This document shows positions 42,073-50,329 of a stretch of 64,000 bases of DNA, in pieces. Every line of letters starts with the position of its first letter. Position 1 is the first letter of the stretch. The translations under genes were made by a program, and so were the position numbers. The DNA comes from Candidatus Nealsonbacteria bacterium (lineage in GTDB: Bacteria; Patescibacteriota; Minisyncoccia; Minisyncoccales; JAGMDC01): the NCBI GenBank assembly GCA_030612885.1, contig JAUWMZ010000003.1:5578-69577 (forward strand), in the 5' to 3' direction. Under the pieces are notes generated by a model. That model did no database searches. It was not told the origin of the DNA and worked only from the letters and a program-made list of their open reading frames with translations.

Positions 42073-43745
42073 AATATTGGCGTATCAACTTAATCCTGTT
42101 GTTTGTTATATTATTTGGAGCGACTCTAATGGGTCGCTTGGTTTATATCCAGTTCTTAAATCACGATTTTTATAAAGCTCTGGCTCAAGGCCAGCAAAAG
42201 GATTTTGGGGAAGTTGAAGGAGAAAGAGGAGAAATATTTCTTCAAGACAAAAAAGGTAATTTATACCCTCTGGCTCTTAATAAGGACTGGCAGATGGTTT
42301 ATGCTTCTCCTCAAGAAATAAAAGAAAAAGAAGAGACAGCTGAAAGGCTGGCTCAGATTTTAGATTTAGACGAAGATTTGGTCTTAGAAAAATTAAATAA
42401 AGAGGATAGTTTTTTTCAAATCCTCAAAAATAAATTGTCTGAAAGCGAAATTTCTCAATTAGAGGAATTAGATCTAAAAGGAATTCATTCTAAAAAAGTT
42501 ATAGGCAGATATTATCCTCAAGAATCTTTAGCTTCGCCAATTGTTGGTTTTGTAGGCGGAGAGGGTATTGGCCAATATGGTTTAGAGGGCTATTACGACA
42601 GCATTTTAAAAGGAGAAGAGAAATTTCAGGAAGGAGGAAGGAACGCCTGGATTGATTTGCTTTTATCGTCAAAAGATGAGCCGAAAAAAGGTTCTGATAT
42701 TATTCTGACTATTGACTATAATATTCAGTCAATGGCTGAAAGATTATTAAAGGAAACAAAAGAAAATTTAGATATTGAATCAGGCCAGATTATAGTGATA
42801 CAACCGTATTCAGGAAAAATTTTAGCTATGGCTAATCTGCCTAACTTTGATCCCAATTACTATTTTCGGGAGGAAGAACAAAAGTTTCAGAACAGGGCTA
42901 TCTATTGGCTTTTTGAACCTGGTTCAATCTTTAAAGCCATTACTATGGCTGCAGCTCTGGATAAAGGGGCAGTAAGCCCACAGACCTTTTATATCGATGA
43001 AGGCCGGGTTGAAATTGGTGAGTATACTATTTATAACTATAACAAAAGTGTTTGGGGTGAGAAGACAATGACCGAGGTTTTAGAGAAATCTATCAATACT
43101 GGGGCCGTTTTCGCCGAGAGGCAGCTGGGAGACGAAGATTTCCTAACTTATGTTGATAAATTCGGCATTTTTCAACCAACTGGCATTGACTTGCAGGAAG
43201 AAACTTTTTCCCAAAACAAAGAATTGAAAAAGGGCTACGAAATAAATTATGCTACTGCTTCTTTTGGCCAGGGAATAGAAATGACTCCTATCCAGATAGT
43301 TCGGGCTTACTGCGCTGTTATTAACGGAGGAAAAATGATTAAACCATATGTAGTAGAGAAAATGAGCGATGAAAATAATAAATCTTTTGAGGAAGAAGTA
43401 GAAATAGTGGAAAGGCAAGTTATTTCTTCCAGCACTTCTTCTAAATTAACAGCAATGCTGGTGAGCGTAGTGGAAAATGGATATGCTAAAGGCGCCAGAA
43501 TTCCCGGCTATTATGTTGGCGGCAAAACAGGCACAGCTCAAGTGCCGGAGGCAGGAGTATATTCCCCTGATAAAACCTGGCAGACATTTATCGGCTTTGC
43601 TCCGGCTTTTGAGCCAGAATTTTTGATTTTAGTAAAACTTGATAATCCTAAAACCAGAACAGCGGAATATTCAGCTTTGCCGGTTTTTCATAAATTAGCC
43701 AAGTATATTATTGATTATTATCAGATTCCTTCGGATTATGAATAA
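42069..43745 (+). CDS. ftsI: penicillin-binding protein 2x/FtsI-type transpeptidase
   Basis: N-terminal TM helix, PBP dimerisation domain, and transpeptidase motifs SIFK (SxxK), SIN (SxN) and KTGT (GGKTGTAQ). Confidence 0.88.
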   Translation: MKYWRINLILLFVILFGATLMGRLVYIQFLNHDFYKALAQGQQKDFGEVEGERGEIFLQDKKGNLYPLALNKDWQMVYASPQEIKEKEETAERLAQILDLDEDLVLEKLNKEDSFFQILKNKLSESEISQLEELDLKGIHSKKVIGRYYPQESLASPIVGFVGGEGIGQYGLEGYYDSILKGEEKFQEGGRNAWIDLLLSSKDEPKKGSDIILTIDYNIQSMAERLLKETKENLDIESGQIIVIQPYSGKILAMANLPNFDPNYYFREEEQKFQNRAIYWLFEPGSIFKAITMAAALDKGAVSPQTFYIDEGRVEIGEYTIYNYNKSVWGEKTMTEVLEKSINTGAVFAERQLGDEDFLTYVDKFGIFQPTGIDLQEETFSQNKELKKGYEINYATASFGQGIEMTPIQIVRAYCAVINGGKMIKPYVVEKMSDENNKSFEEEVEIVERQVISSSTSSKLTAMLVSVVENGYAKGARIPGYYVGGKTGTAQVPEAGVYSPDKTWQTFIGFAPAFEPEFLILVKLDNPKTRTAEYSALPVFHKLAKYIIDYYQIPSDYE

Positions 43746-43825
43746 AATTTATTGAGGTTGAACCTTGATAGATGACCTCGATAGTTGAATCTGGATAGAT
43801 TTTGTGATAAAAAGAAAATATAAAA

Positions 43826-43900
43826 GGCCCTGTCGTCTAGCTTGGTCTAGGACGTCAGATTCTCAATCTGGTGACACGGGTTCAAATCCCGTCAGGGCCA
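43826..43900 (+). tRNA. tRNA-Glu (CTC)
   Basis: Acceptor GGCCCTG/CAGGGCC, anticodon stem TCAGA/TCTGG with loop TTCTCAA, T arm ACGGG-TTCAAAT-CCCGT. Confidence 0.85.
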
Positions 43901-43902
43901 CA

Positions 43903-44721
43903 ATAAAATTACAGTAGAACTACAGCAACCCGACCCATGTAAATTTTACCCATGTAAATTTTATTTATGCCTTATAGAAAACAACAATTTGTTAATGGCG
44001 AGATTTATCATGTTATGACGAGAAGAATTGGCGAGAATTTGCTTTTTAAGAATATAGATGATTATTACAGAGGAATTTTTTCTATTTATGAGTTTAATAC
44101 TTCAGATCTAGTTACCATTAGAGAACGTCGAAGAATCCGTGCCCAAATAAAAAAATTTAATAAAGTTAATAGTGACCCGATTCCTGTCATTGACACTCGC
44201 GATTTATTTGTGGAAATTTTAGCTTTTTGTTTTATGCCAAATCACGTTCATTTATTAGTTAGACAAGTTAGAGATGGAGGAATTAGTAAATTTATGCAAA
44301 AATTTGGTGCTGGTTATTCTGCTTATTTTAAAGAAAAGTATGACCTTCAAAGAAAAGGACACTTTTTTCAAGGAAGATTTGTATCAGTTCATATTAAGAC
44401 CGATGAACAATTAAAAATCGTGTTTGTATATATTCATACCAACCCTATATCTCTTATAGAACCGAAATGGAAAGAAATTGGAATTAAGAATCCAGATAAA
44501 GTCATTAAGTTTTTAAAAGATGACTATAAATGGTTTAGTTACCCTGATTATATCGGTAAAAAGAATTTTTCTTCAGTAACTGAAAGAGACTTTATTTTTA
44601 AAGTAATGGGAGGTACTCAAGATTGTGAATATTTTGTAGAAAATTGGATAAGACATAAGGGAAAAATAAAAAAATTCGTTGGCTTCGCATTGGAATAAAA
44701 ATTACAGGGGTCGGGTTGCTG
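43903..44721 (+). mobile_element. RayT/IS200-like Y1 transposase gene bracketed by a 14-bp inverted repeat and a 12-bp direct repeat
   Basis: Left: ATAAAATTACAG (43903) ... CAGCAACCCGACCC (43923-36). Right: ATAAAAATTACAG (44696) G GGTCGGGTTGCTG (44708-21). Lies 3 nt downstream of tRNA-Glu. Confidence 0.55.
43967..44698 (+). CDS. REP-associated tyrosine transposase-like (Y1_Tnp / COG1943) protein
   Basis: HUH motif in FMPNHVHLLV and catalytic-Tyr context VFVYIHTNPI. 243 aa. Confidence 0.8.
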   Translation: MPYRKQQFVNGEIYHVMTRRIGENLLFKNIDDYYRGIFSIYEFNTSDLVTIRERRRIRAQIKKFNKVNSDPIPVIDTRDLFVEILAFCFMPNHVHLLVRQVRDGGISKFMQKFGAGYSAYFKEKYDLQRKGHFFQGRFVSVHIKTDEQLKIVFVYIHTNPISLIEPKWKEIGIKNPDKVIKFLKDDYKWFSYPDYIGKKNFSSVTERDFIFKVMGGTQDCEYFVENWIRHKGKIKKFVGFALE

Positions 44722-45071
44722 TTTTTCTTTTTTATGACAGTGAAGATTTTCTTAAATTCGGTAAATTTGGTCTAGTCTCGTTTGATGTTCCAGGTAATGC
44801 GAGTGGTATGTATATAGAATGGGATGAAAGTAGAGATATTTTCAAAAGAGGGGCAGAGTTTGTTTCGCACAATATTAGTTATCCTTTACAGCAATCAGCC
44901 TTACTAAAGATTTGGCTTATGTGGGCTAAGTTTATAGAGATAAAGAGTAGAGACAAAATTAAATAACGGGGAGATAATTTCAACCCGCTTTTTTTTATTT
45001 TCGCTTCAAATTTATTTTACAAAGCAGAATAAATATGGTATACTTTCTTTAGGACATAAAAAGTGATAAAA

Positions 45072-45272
45072 ATGATTAAAACAGGTAAAATTACTCTGGA
45101 AGAGATAGGCGCGAGAGGAGCAGTTCTTAAGGTAAAAAATGGAGACCATAAATTTACATTGAGAGAAAAATTAGCAATGGGTTTTCCGATAGATGTAGTG
45201 ATAATAGAAGAAATGGAAGTAGATGATAATAATACAGCGATCAAGAGGATTATACCTTTGCAATTAATATAG
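45072..45272 (+). CDS. 66-aa hypothetical protein
   Basis: Promoter TTTACA (45016) -N17- TGgTATACT (45039). Terminator-like AGGGCTTTA...TAAAACCCT followed by T8 at 45272-45305. No family recognised. Confidence 0.5.
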   Translation: MIKTGKITLEEIGARGAVLKVKNGDHKFTLREKLAMGFPIDVVIIEEMEVDDNNTAIKRIIPLQLI

Positions 45273-45433
45273 GGCTTTATCTATCAAATAAAACCCTTTT
45301 TTTTATTAAGGACTTGTCCTGTGGATAACTGCTATTGACAGCATTTTTGGTTGATTTATTATTCTATTGTGAGAGATTTTGCAAGAGTAGTCGACTTGTT
45401 TTCTCTCTGATAAAATAAAAAACTATTTAAAAT

Positions 45434-45529
45434 ATGACAACCGAATTTTTAATGGAAGATGTAGAAGGCGAAGAAGGAGAAGTTAAAGAAGAAGAAAAAA
45501 AAGAAGAAGAAGAAGAATCTGAAGAGTAA
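45434..45529 (+). CDS. 31-aa hyper-acidic micro-ORF (tentative)
   Basis: MTTEFLMEDVEGEEGEVKEEEKKEEEEESEE, followed by the strong terminator AAAAAGCCGTTCC-tttg-GAACGGCTTTTT (45548-45575). Confidence 0.3.
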   Translation: MTTEFLMEDVEGEEGEVKEEEKKEEEEESEE

Positions 45530-45627
45530 AACAGAAAAAAGCTTTAAAAAGCCGTTCCTTTGGAACGGCTTTTTGTTTGAAATGAAATTGGCTTGAGTTT
45601 GCGGTTAAAAAGAGTTAGAATATAAAA

Positions 45628-46323
45628 ATGAACAATAAAAAAATACAACTTTCGCCAAGTTCTTTAAACTTGTTTTTGGAATGTCCGCATTGTTTTTGGC
45701 TGGATAAAAGCCATGGGATTAAAAGACCAGCTCCTTTTCCTTATGCTCTTAATATGGCTGTGGATACTCTTTTGAAACAAGAGTTTGACGAATACAGGGT
45801 CAAAAATGAACCTCATCCCTTGCTTAAAATTCACAATATTCCTGCCAAACTTTTTTCCAATCAGAGCTTGCTGAATCAATGGCGCAGTAATTTTCAAGGG
45901 ATACGTTATTATGATTCTGAATTAGACGCAACTCTTTTTGGAGCAGTTGATGATATTTTGGAATTTCCAGACAATAAATTAGCCCCGCTTGACTACAAAT
46001 CTACTGGCAGCCGCGTTCCTACCGTATATGACCGCTTTCAACTGCAAATGGATGTTTATACTTTTCTGTTGGAGAAAAACGGCTATCCAACCACGCGAAA
46101 AGGTTATTTAGCTTTTTATATTGTTGACAGGGAAAACGGTTTTAACGACAGATTGCCTTTTAAAAAAGAAATTCATGAGATAGATGTTGATACATCATAT
46201 GTTCAAAATCTTTTTAAAGAAGCAGTGGAAACTCTAAAAGGAGAAATACCGCCTCCTCATAGTCCGGACTGCCAATATAATAAATGGCTTAAGGGTGTGG
46301 GATCGAACCAGAATCAAGTTTAG
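45628..46323 (+). CDS. PD-(D/E)XK nuclease, Cas4/RecB-like
   Basis: N-terminal Cys cluster LECPHCFW, catalytic pattern GAVDDILEF...LAPLDYKS, QxxxY-like QLQMDVYTF, C-terminal Cys (SPDCQYN). The last ~10 codons lie inside inverted repeat IR-L of the downstream element. Confidence 0.75.
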   Translation: MNNKKIQLSPSSLNLFLECPHCFWLDKSHGIKRPAPFPYALNMAVDTLLKQEFDEYRVKNEPHPLLKIHNIPAKLFSNQSLLNQWRSNFQGIRYYDSELDATLFGAVDDILEFPDNKLAPLDYKSTGSRVPTVYDRFQLQMDVYTFLLEKNGYPTTRKGYLAFYIVDRENGFNDRLPFKKEIHEIDVDTSYVQNLFKEAVETLKGEIPPPHSPDCQYNKWLKGVGSNQNQV

Positions 46324-46560
46324 AAGCGAAATAAAGAGCTGATTTCGAGAAGCGACGACGAAGGAGTATTATTAATACTTCAAGGAGGAGCGACAAAGAA
46401 ATCAGCCATTATTTCGCTTCCCTTTGGGCGGGTGAATTTTATCCAGATTCTTTGTTGCTCGTCGCTTATGTATCCTCTGGATACTTTACGCTCCTCGCGC
46501 GCCTCGAATTTGAATAAAATTCGCTCCGCTAAATTGATTTTGGTTCGAACCCCGCACCCT
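46292..46560. repeat. ~270-bp element bounded by 26/27-bp imperfect inverted repeats, internally highly self-complementary
   Basis: IR-L AGGGTGTGGGATCGAACCAGAATCAA (46292-46317). IR-R TTGATTTTGGTTCGAACCCCGCACCCT (46534-46560). Internal ~98-nt hairpin 46323-46420 (GAAGCGAAATAA...TTATTTCGCTTC). The 18-mer AGGGTGCGGGGTTCGAAC recurs at 20371. Confidence 0.6.
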
Positions 46561-46681
46561 GAGCCAGGCGTCAAATTTTGAGTAAATTCAATTAAACAGT
46601 ATTTCTTTGTTTTGTTTATTAGGGAAGATTTATCTTCCTCTTTTTGTTTACTTAAATTCTTTAACAAGGTAAAATAAAACA

Positions 46682-49309
46682 ATGTCTAATAAAATCTGGC
46701 ATAATCTTTTTCTCCAGGAGGTAATTGAAATTTTGAAAACTGATACAGAAAAAGGGTTGTCTAATGAAGAAGTAATAGAAAGGCGAAAAAAATTTGGCTT
46801 AAACAGGCTTCCTGAAGAAAAACATCTATCTAAAACAGAGATATTTTTTGAGCAGTTTAAAAGCCCTTTAATTTATATTTTAGTCATTGCTGGGATTGGC
46901 ACTGCTGTTTTTAAACTTTATACTGACAGTATTGTTATTATGGCTGCTATTCTTTTTAATACTGTTGTCGGCTATTTTCAGGAAAACAAAGCGTCTAAAG
47001 CATTAAGAGAATTAAAAAAAATAGTTAAGATAGAGACCAAAGTAATCAGAGAAGGCAGAGAAAGAAGGCTTGATGCTGAAAATCTTGTGCCCGGAGATAT
47101 TATTGTTCTGTCTTCTGGAGATAAGGTGCCGGCTGACGGCCGTTTAATTGAGAATTACGGACTTAAAATCAATGAATCGCCCTTAACCGGCGAGTGGCTG
47201 TCAGCTAAAAAAACAACAGATATTCTGCCTCAGAAAACTTCAATAGCTGATAGGGACAATATGGTCTATATGGGTTGTGTAATAGAAGGAGGGAAAGGCA
47301 AAGCAGTAATTACTGAAACTGGCAAAGATACAGAAATAGGCAGGGTAGCTGATTTAATAAAAGAAACTAAAGAAGAAAAAACACCTCTCCAGAAAAGAAT
47401 AGCTGTTTTGAGCAAGAAAATCGGACTCATTGTTACTATTTTCGCTTTCTATATTTTCTTGGCAGGCCTGCTTAAGGGCCAAGGCGCTTTAGAGATGTTT
47501 GAAGTAGCTGTAGCTGTAGCTGTAGCCGCTATTCCAGAAGGGCTTCCGATTGCTGTGACTGTAATTTTAGCTCTTGGAATGATGAGAATTTTGAAAAGAA
47601 AAGGCCTGGTAAGAAAACTAGTGGCAGCAGAAACATTAGGGAGCACTTCTATTATTGCCACTGACAAAACATTAACTCTAACTGAAGGGAGGATGGAAGT
47701 GGCAGAAATTATTAGTTCTGATAAAAAAACAGAGGCACTGACTTTAAAGGCAGCTGTCTTATGCAGCGAAGCATTTATAGAAAATCCTGAAGCTCTTTAT
47801 CCTGTTTGGAAAATTCAGGGCGAACCTACCGACAAAGCATTTATTGCGGCTGGCGCTAAGCTTGGTTTTGAAAAACCAAGGATAGAAAAAGAATGTTTGG
47901 AAATTGACGAAATTCCTTTTAATACTGAAAATAAATTTATTGCCAGCTTGCGCCAGGAAAACAAAAAGGAAAATATCTTGTATGTTTCCGGCGCGCCAGA
48001 AAAAATTATTTCTCTTTCTTCTTATTCATTAGTCAAAAGCAGAAATAGAATATTAAATGATAGATTAAAACAGAGATTAAATAAACAATTGGAAAAATTA
48101 ACTGAAAAAGGACTAAGAGTGGTGGCAACAGCACAGAGAAAATTAAAAAGTAAAGATGAAAAAGGAAAAAGTTTGGAAGAGGAAGTCAAAGATTTATGTT
48201 TTTTAGGGTTTATTGCGCTTAAAGATCCTGTTAGAAAAGAGGCGAAAGAGGCAATAAGGATTTGTAAAAAAGCGGGCATGATGCCAATGATTGTTACTGG
48301 GGACCATAAATTAACTGCCAAAGCAGTAGCCATTGAAATAGGATTTAGAATAAAAGAAAAAAATATTATAGAAGGCCAAGAATTAGATGAGCTTTCAGAT
48401 GAAGAATTCGAAAGAAGAATTAAAGATATACAAGTTTATGCCCGGGTTGAACCAAAACATAAATTAAGGATAATTCAGGCCTGGCAGAGAAAGGGAGAAG
48501 TAGTAGCAATGACTGGTGATGGAATTAATGATGCGCCAGCTCTCAAAAAAGCTGATATTGGCATAGCTTTAGGTTCGGGCACTGATGTGGCAAAAGAAGT
48601 TTCAGATCTAATTTTACTAAGTGATAATTTTAATGTTATTGTATCTACAATAGAAGAGGGAAGAGCAATAATGGATAATATTAGAAAAGTCATTACTTAT
48701 CTACTTTCCGGTTCTTTTACAGAGACCATTTTAATTGGAGTAAGTATTGTTTTAGGCCTTCCTTTGCCTGTTATCGCTGTTCAAATATTATGGGTAAATT
48801 TAATTGAAGATAGTTTGCCCAGCATGGCTTTAACTTTTGAGCCGAAAGAAAAGGACTTAATGAAGCAAAAACCGCAGGAAAAAGGCAGTCCTCTTTTGAC
48901 AAAGGAAATGAAGGCCTTGATTTTTATTATTGGAATTATTACAGATATCCTGCTTTTAGTATTATTTTTTTTGCTTTTAAGATATTCTAATTATAGCCAT
49001 ACACATATTCAGTCAATAATTTTTGCAGCTTTAGCTATTGATTCTCTTTTTTATATTTTTTCCTGCAAGAGTTTAAGAAGAAATATTTGGCATATAAATC
49101 TTTTTTCTAACAAACTTTTAATTTTGAGCTGGATTGTTGGGTTAACAGCTTTAATAGCTGCTTTATATGTTCCAGCATTGCAAACGCTTTTAAAAACTGT
49201 GCCGTTAAATTGGTCTGACTGGAAATTGATTTTAGGAATAGGAATTTCTAATTTAATCTTAATTGAGGCAACGAAATGGTATTTCATTACTAAGAAACAA
49301 AAAATATGA
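46682..49309 (+). CDS. P-type cation-transporting ATPase (P2, Ca2+-ATPase-like) with atypical DKTLT phosphorylation motif
   Basis: PLTGEW (TGE), IIATDKTLTLTEG (canonical DKTGTLT), MIVTGDH, MTGDGINDAPALKKADIGIA, 10-TM topology. Confidence 0.9.
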   Translation: MSNKIWHNLFLQEVIEILKTDTEKGLSNEEVIERRKKFGLNRLPEEKHLSKTEIFFEQFKSPLIYILVIAGIGTAVFKLYTDSIVIMAAILFNTVVGYFQENKASKALRELKKIVKIETKVIREGRERRLDAENLVPGDIIVLSSGDKVPADGRLIENYGLKINESPLTGEWLSAKKTTDILPQKTSIADRDNMVYMGCVIEGGKGKAVITETGKDTEIGRVADLIKETKEEKTPLQKRIAVLSKKIGLIVTIFAFYIFLAGLLKGQGALEMFEVAVAVAVAAIPEGLPIAVTVILALGMMRILKRKGLVRKLVAAETLGSTSIIATDKTLTLTEGRMEVAEIISSDKKTEALTLKAAVLCSEAFIENPEALYPVWKIQGEPTDKAFIAAGAKLGFEKPRIEKECLEIDEIPFNTENKFIASLRQENKKENILYVSGAPEKIISLSSYSLVKSRNRILNDRLKQRLNKQLEKLTEKGLRVVATAQRKLKSKDEKGKSLEEEVKDLCFLGFIALKDPVRKEAKEAIRICKKAGMMPMIVTGDHKLTAKAVAIEIGFRIKEKNIIEGQELDELSDEEFERRIKDIQVYARVEPKHKLRIIQAWQRKGEVVAMTGDGINDAPALKKADIGIALGSGTDVAKEVSDLILLSDNFNVIVSTIEEGRAIMDNIRKVITYLLSGSFTETILIGVSIVLGLPLPVIAVQILWVNLIEDSLPSMALTFEPKEKDLMKQKPQEKGSPLLTKEMKALIFIIGIITDILLLVLFFLLLRYSNYSHTHIQSIIFAALAIDSLFYIFSCKSLRRNIWHINLFSNKLLILSWIVGLTALIAALYVPALQTLLKTVPLNWSDWKLILGIGISNLILIEATKWYFITKKQKI

Positions 49310-50286
49310 TTGGGATTTATACTTTTATTTTTATATTTTCTTGTATAATTCTTCTTTGGTCAGGAAAGATATTAATTGAAGGATTAATTAGAATGGCAAG
49401 GTTTTTAAAATGGAAAGAATTTGTGGTTGCTTTTTTTGTTATGGCTTTTGCCGGTTCTATTCCTAATCTTTTTATTGGTCTGAATTCAGCTTTTCATAAA
49501 ATTCCTGAGCTTTCTTTTGGAGATGTGGTTGGAGGCAATGTCATTGACCTAACCTTGGCAGTGGCTTTGGTAGTTTTGATTACCAAAGCGTCTCTTCCAG
49601 CCAAAAGCCAGCTGATTCAAAGTTCCTCAATTTTTACTATTGTGGTAGCTCTTTTACCCATAGTTTTAATCTTAGACGGAACATTGGGCAGGGGAGATGG
49701 AATTTTGCTGATTTCTACTTTCATCTTTTATGTTCTCTGGCTTTTTTCTAAAAAAGAAAGATTCAGCAAAATTTATGAAGAAGAAGAAAAAAAAGAAAAA
49801 GATACTATTACAGGATTTAAAATTTTTATAAAAGATTTAGCCACCGTAGCTTTCGCCTTAGTTCTACTTTTAGGGGCAGCAGAGGGAATAGTGAGGTCAG
49901 CTTCTTTCTTTGCCCAGAACTGGAATTTGTCTTTGCCTTTAATTGGTATTTTAATTGTCGGTGCTGGGAACGCCTTGCCGGAAATATACTTTGCTTTTAT
50001 TTCCGCTAAGAAAGGACAAACAGGAATGATTTTGGGTAATTTAATGGGTTCAATAATGGTGCCGGCTACTTTGGTTTTGGGAACGGTAGCTTTGATTTGC
50101 CCAATTGAGATAACAAATTTTTCTCCTTTCGCTATTGCCCGATTTTTCTTAATAATTTCAGCCTTGTTCTTTTTCTTTGCTGTCCGCACTGACAGAAAAA
50201 TCACCAGAAAAGAAGCTATGTTTTTATTAGGGATTTACATTACTTTTGTCTTTTTTGAATTATTATTTGAGTTATTAACAAAGTAA
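49306..50286 (+). CDS. CaCA-family sodium/calcium exchanger (YrbG-like), copy 1
   Basis: Alpha-repeat motifs GDVVGGNVIDLTL and GNLMGSIMVPATLVLG, about 10 TM helices. Confidence 0.8.
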   Translation: MIGIYTFIFIFSCIILLWSGKILIEGLIRMARFLKWKEFVVAFFVMAFAGSIPNLFIGLNSAFHKIPELSFGDVVGGNVIDLTLAVALVVLITKASLPAKSQLIQSSSIFTIVVALLPIVLILDGTLGRGDGILLISTFIFYVLWLFSKKERFSKIYEEEEKKEKDTITGFKIFIKDLATVAFALVLLLGAAEGIVRSASFFAQNWNLSLPLIGILIVGAGNALPEIYFAFISAKKGQTGMILGNLMGSIMVPATLVLGTVALICPIEITNFSPFAIARFFLIISALFFFFAVRTDRKITRKEAMFLLGIYITFVFFELLFELLTK

Positions 50287-50329
50287 GCTTGTAAGCTAAT
50301 AAGCTGACCAAGCTGGTAAATATCAAGTT

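Noticed and set aside
44679-44966. 95-aa ORF overlapping the 3' end of the RayT gene.
   Set aside because: It needs a TTG start inside the transposase gene and reads across the right inverted repeat. A shorter internal version (MYIEWDES..., about 51 aa) with a weak downstream terminator is possible, but I cannot support it.
46380-46682. 100-aa minus-strand ORF in the nuclease / P-type ATPase spacer.
   Set aside because: It lies entirely within the inverted-repeat-bounded, hairpin-rich element. It has no SD sequence and an implausible composition, so the region is better explained as a structured noncoding or mobile element.
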